Source: Elusimicrobia bacterium HGW-Elusimicrobia-1 (GTDB taxonomy: Bacteria > Elusimicrobiota > Endomicrobiia > PHAN01). From it: a stretch of DNA of 64,000 bases. Below the pieces are notes generated by a model. That model had not been told where the DNA came from and did no database searches. It saw only the letters and a list, made by a program, of their open reading frames with translations. Below are positions 1-9,538 of this stretch, in pieces. The stretch is from NCBI GenBank assembly GCA_002841695.1, contig PHAN01000002.1:90807-154806 (forward strand), given 5' to 3'. Made by a program: the position numbers and the translations under genes. The stretch's first letter is position 1. Each line of letters starts with the position of its first letter.

Positions 1-4
1 GGCG

Positions 5-3000
5 GTGATAAATTCAGTGACGGTTTCAGCCGGCGACGCCTTGTGGCGCGATGCGATTTCCGACCAGAGATCCGATAATCACAGCTCCACGCAACTTGAT
101 ATTTCTTCCGTCGGAATATCCTGTGACGAGTACAATTTATACATGTTTGTCGCTTTCGCGTCAACCGTGGCGGCGAATTTTGACGGCAGAAATTTTATCC
201 AGATAATGCTCGACAACGGCCTCACTTCCACGGAAAGAGTGTTCAGGGGAAGAGGCGTCGGCTCGGAGGACAGTTATGTCTCCGGCGATACCGCGTGGGA
301 GTATCTGTGCGAAATCGTAACGGACAACGATGTTTTCCGTGTCGAAGACAGCCAATTCTCAAACAGAAATTTCGGCGGATACTCGGAGCACAACGACAAT
401 TATTTTTATGAAGTGGCGATGCCTCTTTCAAATCTCGGCGGTAAAGAAAGATTTCTCGGCAAAACCGTTAATTTTACCGTCGCGACATTCTGGAATGATA
501 ACGGAGTAGTAGGCCAGTGGGGCGCAGGTAGTTCAAATATAGTTGATGTCGTCACATCTTCGGGAACCAACACCTGGAACGAGGTTTCCGACAGGGTAGT
601 GGATTATTACATGGCCATAACGCTCTCGACGTCAGGCGCCATAACCGCGGTAAGCGGCGCGACGGCGAACAGTGTTCCTCCGATGACGGAGCCGCAGCCG
701 GACGCCTCGGCCCCTCCGTCGGCGTTGGATTATATGCTTTACAATATTTTCGTTGATGCCTGGCGCGACGGCGACCCCGCGAACAATAATCCCACGGACA
801 CAAACAGTTACGGCGGCGACTTTCAGGGCGTAATGGACAGCGCGGACTACTTTAACGAGATGGGAATAAATATGCTGTGGTTTGCCCCCGTGCATCAGTT
901 CGGCGGAGGAATCTGGGGTTACAACCTTGACGACGCCTATCAGTTTATGAGCAGGTTCGGCGGGAGAGATAAATATATTGAGATGGCGAAGAAGGTTAAA
1001 AATCGCAACTTAAAAACGATGCTCGACTGGGTTCCGGGACAGGTTGGCGGCAAGGATTCTCCGACGGGCAAAAAATATCCTAATTATTTCCAGGACGAAA
1101 TCTTCGGCTACGGATTAAGGCAGGAGTTCGCCGAGCCGAGGGCGTATATGGTCAATAACGCGGTCTGGTGGTCGTCATTTACCGACGGATTCAGATTCGA
1201 TAATCCAAAATTCTGGGACAATGGCGACGGCCCCGGCAGATACGAATTCTGCCGCGTTCTGCGGTTTGCCGTAGACAGATGGAACCCCGAACTCTACATG
1301 ATGGGCGAGATACCTGGCACCGTCGGTAATTTCAACGAATACACCGGCTCTCTGGGACCGATGATTCACGGGGCTATTGATATGGCGAGCGGCGGTTATA
1401 AAGACGCGTGGGACCACCATATATGCGCGTGGGCAAGGCCGGGAGACGCCCAATCGCGAACGACCATCGGCGTGCGTTCGGGTCTCGACGAGCAGCAAGT
1501 GACATGGAAAAATGACCTCTCGATAAATCCGGTGATGATGGAAAACCACGACGAAACCCGGCTTATTTCAAGATACAGGCCCGGCGGAGCAAATGGCGAG
1601 TGGCAGCAGCGGGTGGCTTATATGACGGCTTTTCTCGTCGGCGGGCCCGCGAAGATTTTCTACGGCGGCGAAGTCGGGCTTGAAGGCCCTTACGGCGGCG
1701 GCTCGTCGGAGAAGATGGACAGAAACGGCAACGTCCGCCAGATGCTGTTCAACCGCGCCAATGAGTGGCCGTGGATAGCCGTCAGAGACAGCATAAGAAG
1801 AACACTTCAGGCGAAAGCGAACTTCCCCGAACTCAGGGGCGACCCCAAAAAAGGCGGCCGCGGCTGGTATACGGGCGGACAGTATGACGACAACGTTCTT
1901 GTCGTTGCCCGCACATGGGCCAACCCCGACAGAAAATCAATCGTTATGATAAACCGCTCGGCGGGGAACGTCCAGATGAGCAGTGTGGGCACAGGCGATA
2001 ACAATACTGTCTATAAAGATTGGTTGACCGATAAAAATTTTACTACAAATGCAAGCGGCATTCTTCAGGATAATGATAATACGGACGGAGATGGTAACCT
2101 TAATACTTTTAATGTGGATTCGCATAACGGCAGAATTTTAATCAGGGGCGGATACGACTGGGTGAATATAACCGGTTCCGTCAAAGACGGGGCGGGAAAT
2201 CCTGTCCCGGGCGCGGTCGTTGATATTGACAGAAAAAGTCACTGGACGACGACTACCGACGCCGGCGGTAACTACTCGCTGTCGGGGGATTTAAGAAAAG
2301 TCCTGACGGGCAATCGCACAATACGCGTATGGGCAAACGGTTTCGGCATCGTAGATATCTCGACCAACATTGTGATAGCGGGCGGTGTAAACAGGACGCA
2401 AAATTTCACTCTGACTGCCGACAACGCGCCGCCCCAGCCGCCTACGAACCTGAGCGGTCGGCCCAGAAAAAATGCCGCTATGATTTTCTGGCAGCCGAAC
2501 ACGGAGGGGGACATCCAGTCGTATATCGTTTATAGAAGCACGGTTTCCATTGCCGCCGGCTCATTCCCCGCGCCGTTAGTCGAGATTTTTTCTCCGTATT
2601 ATTATGACAACAATTTTGACGGTCGGATAAATTCCGACGGAAAACACGTGGATCTTCTTGAAAACGGCGCCACATACTATTACCGTGTCCGCGCTGTTGA
2701 CAGGAGCGGGAACAAATCCGCGCTTTCAAATCAAATAGCGATCGTTCCAAGACCGATAAAAGCCACCTTCTGGGTTGATACTAGAGATAGCGGGCAGTCG
2801 GTCGCATCCGTGGATGTGGAGGGAGACGCTCTGGCATTCGGCGATACCAAACCTGAAAGGAACGTCCGGGGATGGACACAATTGTTTTCCAACGGCGATG
2901 GGACATTCCAGAGAACTTTTGATATGGATGATTCCGACTTTATAGAATACAAATACGTGATTACGACCTCCGGCGGAGGAAGGATAGGGGAGGGCGACGC

Positions 3001-6000
3001 GGGGCATTTGTTCAATGACCCCGCAGGGACCAATGGGGCGGAAAATCGCGGCGAGATTTATCTTGACGCCATACCCAATGTGGAAATCAGGGACGAAGGC
3101 GACGGAACGATGCTTTTGCCGAACGTTTGGCGGTGGTATCAGGACAGAGCGCCGAGAGCGCCGTCGGGGGTTGGGATTTCAGCCGGTCCAAACATTTTAA
3201 CAACCGGCTGGACAAAAAACGCCGAGCCGGATTTACAATATTATACCGTTCAACGTTCGACATGGAATTCGGGATTTTCGGGCGCGGTCGCATCGGTTAA
3301 CATCGGCAAGGACCAGATTAGTTATGTCGACACGAATCTGCTCAATGGCAACACTTATTACTACAGGATCAGGGCGATAGACAGAAGGGCGAATATCGGC
3401 GATTGGTCTTCAACCATTTGGGCATATCCTCGGGCGGCGGATACAACCGCGCCTGTATCGCCATCGGGGTTGGCCGCGTATGGTTCGGGAACAAATGGGC
3501 TTGGATCGGTTGAAGTAAGATGGAATGCAAATTATGAAGGCGATTTGGCGGGATATAATATTCACCGCTCGACGGAAAGCGAGTTTGCGCCCGTCGCCGC
3601 CAATAAGTTAAACATCGTTTTGATTTCGCCGTCGCAGGAACCGCTTTACACCGACAAAAACACAACAACCGGCACGCAGTACTATTACAAGATTGTTGCA
3701 ATTGACGACAGCGGCAACACCTCAAACCCTTCCGTTCAACTTTCCGTAAAAATCATTCCGGTGACATTTAATGTCGATATGGGAAATATCAATCCTTCAA
3801 ACGTTCAAATACTCGGGAACACAAAACCGCTCGATTGGAGCGGAACAAATAGTTTGACGTGTCCGGCGGCCAGTACCTACACGATTACACTCGGCTTTGT
3901 TTCGGGAACTACGCTCTGGTATCGCTACGCCTATAACTCGGCTTCCGTCGAGGAACAGCCGTTTGCGACGTCTTCCTCGCAATACCGCGAGTATGTAATC
4001 GGGTATTCCACCGCCGTCGTCAGTAATGACTGGGAGCAAAACCCCGATATGGTTTCAGGCGTCAAGGTTTACGGCGGCGTCAACAAAGCATATCTTTACT
4101 GGGACGCGAACACGACCGCAGAGGATATCGCTGGATATAACATCTATCGCTCCGAGCCGCCCTCGACTACGCCCACACTTAAATTAAATGCGGGGCCCAC
4201 GAGTTATATTCAACCCTATACCGTCACAGGACTGGACACCGGCTCTACATATTACTTTTCGGTAAAAGCGGTTGATTCGGGGAGTCAGGTTTTGGAAAGC
4301 ACCGCCGCCTCGGTCGTTCCTGTTTTCATATCTTCGAGAGTTTACGTCCATTTCGGAATCCCGTTTTCAGTCGGACAATCAAGCGCGCCGTGGGGCGATG
4401 CCGACAAAATAAAGATGTATCTGGCCGTGCACAACTCGACGGATACGGATCTTTCCGTCTGGAACACTTCCGAAAGAGCAAATGTTACTGACGGAAAAAT
4501 GGTGATGACGGCCTCCGGCGACGGAACATATCGCGCTATGGTTCCTTTGGCTGTCGGAAATCGCTACAATTTTACATTCTTCGCGCAGACGACAAACAAT
4601 CCTCCGTCGGGCTTGAACGGCAACACCGAATATTACGATACAGTCCCGGATACGGGGAGTTTTATAGTTTCCAATTCATCAACGGGTATTTCTCCTCCGG
4701 CGGGCGTATCGGCTGTTTTTGCGCCGTTCGGGATAACCCGCGACGCCAGGCGTGTTCTGGTTTTGCCCTCTGATATTGCGGCCGGCTCCACGATGTACGT
4801 CTTTGCGAACTTCGGCTCCTCACCCACCGCGCCGACTTATATACAGGCCGTCGGCGGAAATAATAAAGTTACCCTTTACTGGTCGGCGCCGTACGGTTCG
4901 CCGTGGACGTATCCGTCTCCTGAAAAAACCGGCAATGTCCCTCTGGGCGGCGGCGAGTCGATGAAAGCGGCCGATGTCGTTGCCGGCGGAGTGTACCACA
5001 TTTTCGTCACCACATATAACCACGGCTCGTTTAATTCTTATACCGCAACAGTCACGCTTTCGGGCGGAACGATGAACTATACGTTTACGGGGCTTCAAAA
5101 TGGCGTAACTTATTACTATCTTATGCGTTCATCCGATACTTTCAAGGGACTTGTGGGAAATAATTTCAGCGTTTTGTCGGCGACCGTAAGCGCTCAGCCC
5201 ACGTCGGCGGCGGTTCCCGTAAGTGTCAGAGTAAACCGCGGGGCGCATCCATTGTGGAAAGCGGTGAGAAAAACAATCGCTTTTCAGGAAGGCACAAGCG
5301 TTCCCGCATGGGACGCCGACGGGAAGTCAAATATCACGCTGACAGGTAAAGCGGTAAATATGGTCGCCCCCGCCGATGATGCAACCGAGCAGGAATTCTC
5401 GGCGAACCTCATTCCGGGCACCTCGTATAATTTCATACTTTTCGCATACTCCACTTTTTCTATTGCGGGGCTTGAAACAAACACCACTTATTTTGATACC
5501 GTGCCGAACTTCGGCGCCGGCGGAATGATAACATCGACCTCGACCATTTCTATAACAGGGCACGGCAAAGCGCTTTGCGGGCCGGCGGGGCCGGCTTCCG
5601 ACGCAAGACGGATTTTGTATGTTCCGACCGATTTACCGTCGGGCTCCACACTTTACGTCTACTGCAACTTCGCCTCCAGCCCGAGCGCGGTTTATCTAAG
5701 TGCGTCCGTCGTGAGCACGTTTTCCGTCCAACTCGAATGGACGCCTTACGGCGCATGGGGAACGAGCGGCGAAAGTTTGAAAGCCGCCGACGTCATAGCC
5801 GGCGGACATTATTATGTATGGCGTTCAAGCGTCAGTTCGGCGGGGCCGTGGAATCTCTGGGTTTCGACGTCGGCGAGAAACTGGATTGACGCGGATCTCA
5901 ACGCGCCGGGCGACGGGCTGGGGCTTGAAGCAGGGCGGACTTATTTTTATGTCGTCGTGTCGTCGGACTCATATAGCGGAAACTTTATACCCAATATGTA

Positions 6001-6298
6001 CCGCGCCGGCGCGCCGGAGTTTTCCTCGTCGGACGCATCCGTCACGCCGCGCGAAAAAGCGCCGGTCTATTTCAAAGTCGAAAATAATTTCTTCGACGAA
6101 AGATACGTCCGCGCGATAGAAATCGCCATACTGCGCCCTCACCCCGCCCCTCTCCCATCGAGGGAGAGGGAGTTTTTGCCGCATAGTTTCCTCTCCCCTT
6201 ATCAAAAGGGGGATGGCTGCAAATACCCCGTCAAACCTTCGGTTTGCCACCCCTTTAATAAAGGGGAATACAGCCGGGGTATTATTCCCCTCTTTTAG
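5..6298 (+). CDS. Giant secreted GH13-family alpha-amylase-like protein with long FN3 domain array (5' end lies upstream of window; last ~60 codons run into palindromic repeats)
   Basis: Uninterrupted 2097-codon ORF from window edge. GH13-like motifs: GGDFQGV...MGINMLWFAPV, GFRFD (region II), GEIPG (region III), MMENHDETR (region IV). Repeated FN3-type signatures YYYRVRAVDRSGNKS, YYYRIRAIDRRANIG, YYYKIVAIDDSGNTS. Confidence 0.8.
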   Translation: MINSVTVSAGDALWRDAISDQRSDNHSSTQLDISSVGISCDEYNLYMFVAFASTVAANFDGRNFIQIMLDNGLTSTERVFRGRGVGSEDSYVSGDTAWEYLCEIVTDNDVFRVEDSQFSNRNFGGYSEHNDNYFYEVAMPLSNLGGKERFLGKTVNFTVATFWNDNGVVGQWGAGSSNIVDVVTSSGTNTWNEVSDRVVDYYMAITLSTSGAITAVSGATANSVPPMTEPQPDASAPPSALDYMLYNIFVDAWRDGDPANNNPTDTNSYGGDFQGVMDSADYFNEMGINMLWFAPVHQFGGGIWGYNLDDAYQFMSRFGGRDKYIEMAKKVKNRNLKTMLDWVPGQVGGKDSPTGKKYPNYFQDEIFGYGLRQEFAEPRAYMVNNAVWWSSFTDGFRFDNPKFWDNGDGPGRYEFCRVLRFAVDRWNPELYMMGEIPGTVGNFNEYTGSLGPMIHGAIDMASGGYKDAWDHHICAWARPGDAQSRTTIGVRSGLDEQQVTWKNDLSINPVMMENHDETRLISRYRPGGANGEWQQRVAYMTAFLVGGPAKIFYGGEVGLEGPYGGGSSEKMDRNGNVRQMLFNRANEWPWIAVRDSIRRTLQAKANFPELRGDPKKGGRGWYTGGQYDDNVLVVARTWANPDRKSIVMINRSAGNVQMSSVGTGDNNTVYKDWLTDKNFTTNASGILQDNDNTDGDGNLNTFNVDSHNGRILIRGGYDWVNITGSVKDGAGNPVPGAVVDIDRKSHWTTTTDAGGNYSLSGDLRKVLTGNRTIRVWANGFGIVDISTNIVIAGGVNRTQNFTLTADNAPPQPPTNLSGRPRKNAAMIFWQPNTEGDIQSYIVYRSTVSIAAGSFPAPLVEIFSPYYYDNNFDGRINSDGKHVDLLENGATYYYRVRAVDRSGNKSALSNQIAIVPRPIKATFWVDTRDSGQSVASVDVEGDALAFGDTKPERNVRGWTQLFSNGDGTFQRTFDMDDSDFIEYKYVITTSGGGRIGEGDAGHLFNDPAGTNGAENRGEIYLDAIPNVEIRDEGDGTMLLPNVWRWYQDRAPRAPSGVGISAGPNILTTGWTKNAEPDLQYYTVQRSTWNSGFSGAVASVNIGKDQISYVDTNLLNGNTYYYRIRAIDRRANIGDWSSTIWAYPRAADTTAPVSPSGLAAYGSGTNGLGSVEVRWNANYEGDLAGYNIHRSTESEFAPVAANKLNIVLISPSQEPLYTDKNTTTGTQYYYKIVAIDDSGNTSNPSVQLSVKIIPVTFNVDMGNINPSNVQILGNTKPLDWSGTNSLTCPAASTYTITLGFVSGTTLWYRYAYNSASVEEQPFATSSSQYREYVIGYSTAVVSNDWEQNPDMVSGVKVYGGVNKAYLYWDANTTAEDIAGYNIYRSEPPSTTPTLKLNAGPTSYIQPYTVTGLDTGSTYYFSVKAVDSGSQVLESTAASVVPVFISSRVYVHFGIPFSVGQSSAPWGDADKIKMYLAVHNSTDTDLSVWNTSERANVTDGKMVMTASGDGTYRAMVPLAVGNRYNFTFFAQTTNNPPSGLNGNTEYYDTVPDTGSFIVSNSSTGISPPAGVSAVFAPFGITRDARRVLVLPSDIAAGSTMYVFANFGSSPTAPTYIQAVGGNNKVTLYWSAPYGSPWTYPSPEKTGNVPLGGGESMKAADVVAGGVYHIFVTTYNHGSFNSYTATVTLSGGTMNYTFTGLQNGVTYYYLMRSSDTFKGLVGNNFSVLSATVSAQPTSAAVPVSVRVNRGAHPLWKAVRKTIAFQEGTSVPAWDADGKSNITLTGKAVNMVAPADDATEQEFSANLIPGTSYNFILFAYSTFSIAGLETNTTYFDTVPNFGAGGMITSTSTISITGHGKALCGPAGPASDARRILYVPTDLPSGSTLYVYCNFASSPSAVYLSASVVSTFSVQLEWTPYGAWGTSGESLKAADVIAGGHYYVWRSSVSSAGPWNLWVSTSARNWIDADLNAPGDGLGLEAGRTYFYVVVSSDSYSGNFIPNMYRAGAPEFSSSDASVTPREKAPVYFKVENNFFDERYVRAIEIAILRPHPAPLPSREREFLPHSFLSPYQKGDGCKYPVKPSVCHPFNKGEYSRGIIPLF

Positions 6299-6370
6299 AG
6301 GGGTGTCCGAAGGACGAGGTGTTATTCCCCTTTTACAAAAGGGGTGTCCCGAAGGGACGGGGTATTTGAG
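6137..6370. repeat. Cluster of short CCCCTTT-N-AAAGGGG type hairpins (P1-related) overlapping the 3' end of the giant gene
   Basis: Successive inverted repeats: ccctctcccatcgagggagaggg, cacccctttaataaaggggaa, ttcccctcttttagaggggtg, ttccccttttacaaaaggggtg. Confidence 0.6.
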
Positions 6371-6447
6371 GGGTAAAATGATGGCGCGATTTTAACAGGA
6401 TATGTGATAAAAAAAGTCAAGGGTAAACCCTTGACTGGGAGGTAGTT

Positions 6448-7584
6448 ATGATGTACAGATTGTTTAGGTTGTTGTTGTGCGCCGCAATGGCCGCGTTAGT
6501 GGGCGCTTCGGCGCTTTTTGCGGCATCGGCCAACGCCCCTTGGGGCGACGCAGCGCAGATACAGGTCGGGGTGGTGATTCATCCGGGTGTCAGCGTCCCG
6601 GCGTGGCCGGAAGTCAACAAAAACGATATAACCGGAGACGCCACATCGTTCATCGTTGCGGGGAAAAGCGCGATGGAAGCCGTCGGAGACGGCACTTACC
6701 AGTTCAGAACCGACCTGGTACCCGGTGGCGTCTATAACTATATCTTTGGCGCCAGGATAATGCAGGGCGCATGGGGGTTCGATGCCGAAAAAGATTACGC
6801 CGAACCTATCCCCGACGGTTCCCAGCAGGACGACTCGGGCAATTACGCGACGAGCGATCCCGGCACTTTCGTATCGCTATCCTCGACGGCGTACTCGTCG
6901 ACGGGCGATGGCGGGGTGTCGTACGTCAATATCGTCGTCGACAACAATGGAAATTCAAGAAGAAAGTTAGATATGCCCACGGTTGATCCGGGCACGACCA
7001 TTTACGTCTTCAACAACTTCGGCTCGCTTCCGCGCGGAGTCGCGAATTACTCTGTGAAGATATCGTCCGGACGGGTGGATCTCAACTGGCAAGGCGCGCT
7101 GGGAACGTGGGGGTCGGGTATGCCTTCCGTCGACGCCCTCGGCGGGAGAAATCTGCTCTACGTCAGCACGTCCAACTCCGCGGGGCCTTACTCGCTTCTG
7201 GCGGATCTCGCCGGAACGGCCACGCATTACGCTCACTCGGGACTTGCCAACGGTACGTCGTATTATTTCATATTCGTCTCATCCGATCCCTACGGAGGTG
7301 TAACGCTGTCCACATACACTGCGTCGAAATCGCTTTGGGCGAATCTTTCGCGCGGCATACCGCCGACCGGCACGATGTGGAACTCCGGCGAATACGCGCA
7401 TAATGATAAATACGGCAAGCCGTCGGGCCCCGTTCCGGTCTATTTCAAAGTCGAAAATATCGACGAGAACTACGTCAGGGAGCACGGCGATCTCGTTTAT
7501 CTGACTCCGTGGCACGAGGACGGCAGATTATACCGACACAAGATTCAGGGCGTGTTTCTTTCCGCTTATCTGCCGAAGGGATGA
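6448..7584 (+). CDS. Secreted protein, paralogous to the C-terminal modules of the giant GH13 protein (unknown function)
   Basis: SD GGGAGG upstream of ATG; signal-peptide-like N-terminus MMYRLFRLLLCAAMAALVGASALFAASA; shared motifs GDGTYQF..YNYIFGA, TIYVFNNFGS, PVYFKVEN with gene 5..6298. Confidence 0.7.
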   Translation: MMYRLFRLLLCAAMAALVGASALFAASANAPWGDAAQIQVGVVIHPGVSVPAWPEVNKNDITGDATSFIVAGKSAMEAVGDGTYQFRTDLVPGGVYNYIFGARIMQGAWGFDAEKDYAEPIPDGSQQDDSGNYATSDPGTFVSLSSTAYSSTGDGGVSYVNIVVDNNGNSRRKLDMPTVDPGTTIYVFNNFGSLPRGVANYSVKISSGRVDLNWQGALGTWGSGMPSVDALGGRNLLYVSTSNSAGPYSLLADLAGTATHYAHSGLANGTSYYFIFVSSDPYGGVTLSTYTASKSLWANLSRGIPPTGTMWNSGEYAHNDKYGKPSGPVPVYFKVENIDENYVREHGDLVYLTPWHEDGRLYRHKIQGVFLSAYLPKG

Positions 7585-7635
7585 GGATAAAATATAGAAT
7601 TAAGTAACCGATACAAACGCGTTGGCACATTACGT

Positions 7636-7720
7636 AAAATCTCCCCTAACCCCTCTTTTTCAAAGAGGGGGAATAAGGGAACAATCCCCCTTTATTAAAG
7701 GGGGATAAAGGGGGATTTTT
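7636..7720. repeat. P1 palindromic element (AAATCCCCCT...CCCCCTTTnAAAGGGGG...AGGGGGATTT)
   Basis: Terminal inverted repeat aaaatctcccct / agggggatttt enclosing two internal hairpins; same family at 39948, 40383, 50775, 58173. Confidence 0.7.
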
Positions 7721-7751
7721 GAAATCGTCTCGTTTGTATTAAATTGCTGAT

Positions 7752-8849
7752 ATGAAAAAATCGAAGACGTTTCTATCGGTGGCTCTTTTAGTCGTCGCGT
7801 TTGCGTCGGCGGGTAGGATTTGCGCCCAACTCCCCGCCGGCGCGGGCGCGTTCGCGCAGTGGGGGAATTTCCAGAAAAAAATAGCCCTCCAGCGCGGCGT
7901 CGGCGTAAGCGCATGGGAAGACCGAGGCGACATAAGCTACGAGCAGTACGGGATGTATGCCGCGACGATGTCTCCCGTCGGAGACGGCACGTATCAGATA
8001 AAATTTGATTTGTATCCGGGCGCGGAATATAATTTCGCGTTCTTCGCCGTTTCGACGACGCCTTTGGCCGGCGTCACGACAGGTCTCACTTATTTCGACG
8101 CCGTTCCGAATCACGGCTCGGACGCGGCTTTCATCGCCTCGACCTCGCCCGCGGCGCCGCTTGCTTCCGATACGCGCTCGGCGGAATACAGGTCCATAGG
8201 CGGCGACGCCCGTCGATACGTCGCAATACCGGATCTCGCGCAGGGCACGACGTTTTACGTTTTCAGCAATTGGGCTTCGACCCCATCCGCCCCGACGGAC
8301 CTTCGCGCCCGGCCCGGCGACTCCAAGGTTCATCTTACATGGGGCGCGCCCTACGGCTGGTGGGGCACGGGCTCCCAACAATACAAAGCCATTGATGTAA
8401 TCGCGGGGGGAGCGTATGTTATTTACCGCTCGTCGGTGGCGGCGGGCGGCCCATACGAAATAGTGGCCTCGACTCCCGGACATTGTTTCTCATGGACGGA
8501 TACGAACGTTCAGAACGGAGTGCGATATTATTACGCCGTCTCGTCGAGCGACGCTTACAAAGGCGACGCCGAGGGGGTTCTCGGCGATGTCAATTTATGC
8601 TCGGACGCGGCGTCGTCACAGACGCCGGGAGCATCTCCGGGTCAGGCGGTTCCGATAAGATTCAGAGTCGAAGGCATCGACTGGAAGGTGATAAAAGAGA
8701 AGGGTTATCTCGCGTGGCTCACGCCGAACGCGGCTTCGGATGGGGCGCCGCCGTGCCCGCCCGCAAGAATCCCCGCGCGGCTCGTCGAAGTAAAACTTTC
8801 GAAAACATTGAAAGACAGAATAAGTGATGCGATTAGATGGTTGTTGTAG
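7752..8849 (+). CDS. Secreted protein of the same module family (unknown function)
   Basis: Signal peptide MKKSKTFLSVALLVVAFASAGRICAQ; motifs GDGTYQIKFDLYPGAEYNFAFFA, TYFDAVPNHG, TTFYVFSNWAS, PIRFRVEG shared with 6448..7584 and C-terminus of 5..6298. Confidence 0.7.
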   Translation: MKKSKTFLSVALLVVAFASAGRICAQLPAGAGAFAQWGNFQKKIALQRGVGVSAWEDRGDISYEQYGMYAATMSPVGDGTYQIKFDLYPGAEYNFAFFAVSTTPLAGVTTGLTYFDAVPNHGSDAAFIASTSPAAPLASDTRSAEYRSIGGDARRYVAIPDLAQGTTFYVFSNWASTPSAPTDLRARPGDSKVHLTWGAPYGWWGTGSQQYKAIDVIAGGAYVIYRSSVAAGGPYEIVASTPGHCFSWTDTNVQNGVRYYYAVSSSDAYKGDAEGVLGDVNLCSDAASSQTPGASPGQAVPIRFRVEGIDWKVIKEKGYLAWLTPNAASDGAPPCPPARIPARLVEVKLSKTLKDRISDAIRWLL

Positions 8850-8906
8850 TGTAGGGGGCTTTATGTTCGTAACAAATTTACGTATTTACGCCCTGTAGTG
8901 TAGGGG

Positions 8907-9080
8907 CTTGTCCCCGTAGGCAAAAGGACTTGTCCCCGTAGGCAAAAGGACTTGTCTCCGTAGGCAAAAGGACTTGTCTCCGTAGGCAAAAGGGCTTGTC
9001 CCCGTAGGCAAAAGGGCTTGTCCCCGTAGGCAAAAGGACTTGTCTCCGTAGACAAAAGGGCTTGTCCCCGTAGACAAAAA
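8907..9080. repeat. Tandem repeat, 8 copies of a 22-bp unit (cttgtccccgtaggcaaaagga), ending at the RAYT start codon
   Basis: Eight head-to-tail units with few substitutions, no spacers; first unit overlaps REP-like gtagtgtaggggcttgtcccc. Confidence 0.85.
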
Positions 9081-9538
9081 TGGAACCACCAAAAAAAATC
9101 CGGCTGGAAAAAGAACTATATTCACAACCCGGAAGAATATATTTTGTTACTGTTAATACAAATTTTAAAAAAGGTTTTTTTATAGAGGACAACTTTAATC
9201 GCGAAATTATACAGTGTTTATTGACGGAGAGAAATAACAGATATAGTATTTTCGTATATTGTTTGATGCCTGACCATATTCATTTTTTAATTTCAACAAA
9301 TGCTGAAAATTATTCAATTACTGATTTTGTGAATAGATTTAAAGGATTGACAACAAGAATTGGTTGGAAATACGGTGTTGAAAAAGTTCTATGGCAAAGA
9401 AGATTTTACGATCATATATTAAGAAAGCAAGAAGATGCTAAAAAAATTGCGGAGTATATAGTTAGCAATCCTGTAAGAAAAGGTTTGGTTAAAAATTGGA
9501 AAGAATATCCATATTGTGGGTATATAGATGAATTTTAA
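9080..9538 (+). CDS. REP-associated tyrosine transposase (IS200/IS605 TnpA-like, HUH Y1 family)
   Basis: 152 aa; HUH motif in CLMPDHIHFLIS; conserved C-terminal tyrosine region AEYIVSNPVRKGLV; codon usage AT-rich relative to neighbours. Confidence 0.8.
   Translation: MEPPKKIRLEKELYSQPGRIYFVTVNTNFKKGFFIEDNFNREIIQCLLTERNNRYSIFVYCLMPDHIHFLISTNAENYSITDFVNRFKGLTTRIGWKYGVEKVLWQRRFYDHILRKQEDAKKIAEYIVSNPVRKGLVKNWKEYPYCGYIDEF

Noticed and set aside
6213-6395. Small ORFs inside the palindromic cluster after the giant gene
   Set aside because: Generated by hairpin repeats; no start context or conservation signal.
8907-9080. 22-bp tandem repeat considered as a CRISPR array
   Set aside because: Units are directly adjacent with no spacers and degenerate; no cas genes nearby; unit is derived from the neighbouring REP palindrome.
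8861-9192. Minus-strand ORFs encoding repetitive LLPTGTSPFAYGDK peptides
   Set aside because: They are translations of the 22-bp tandem DNA repeat, not independent genes.
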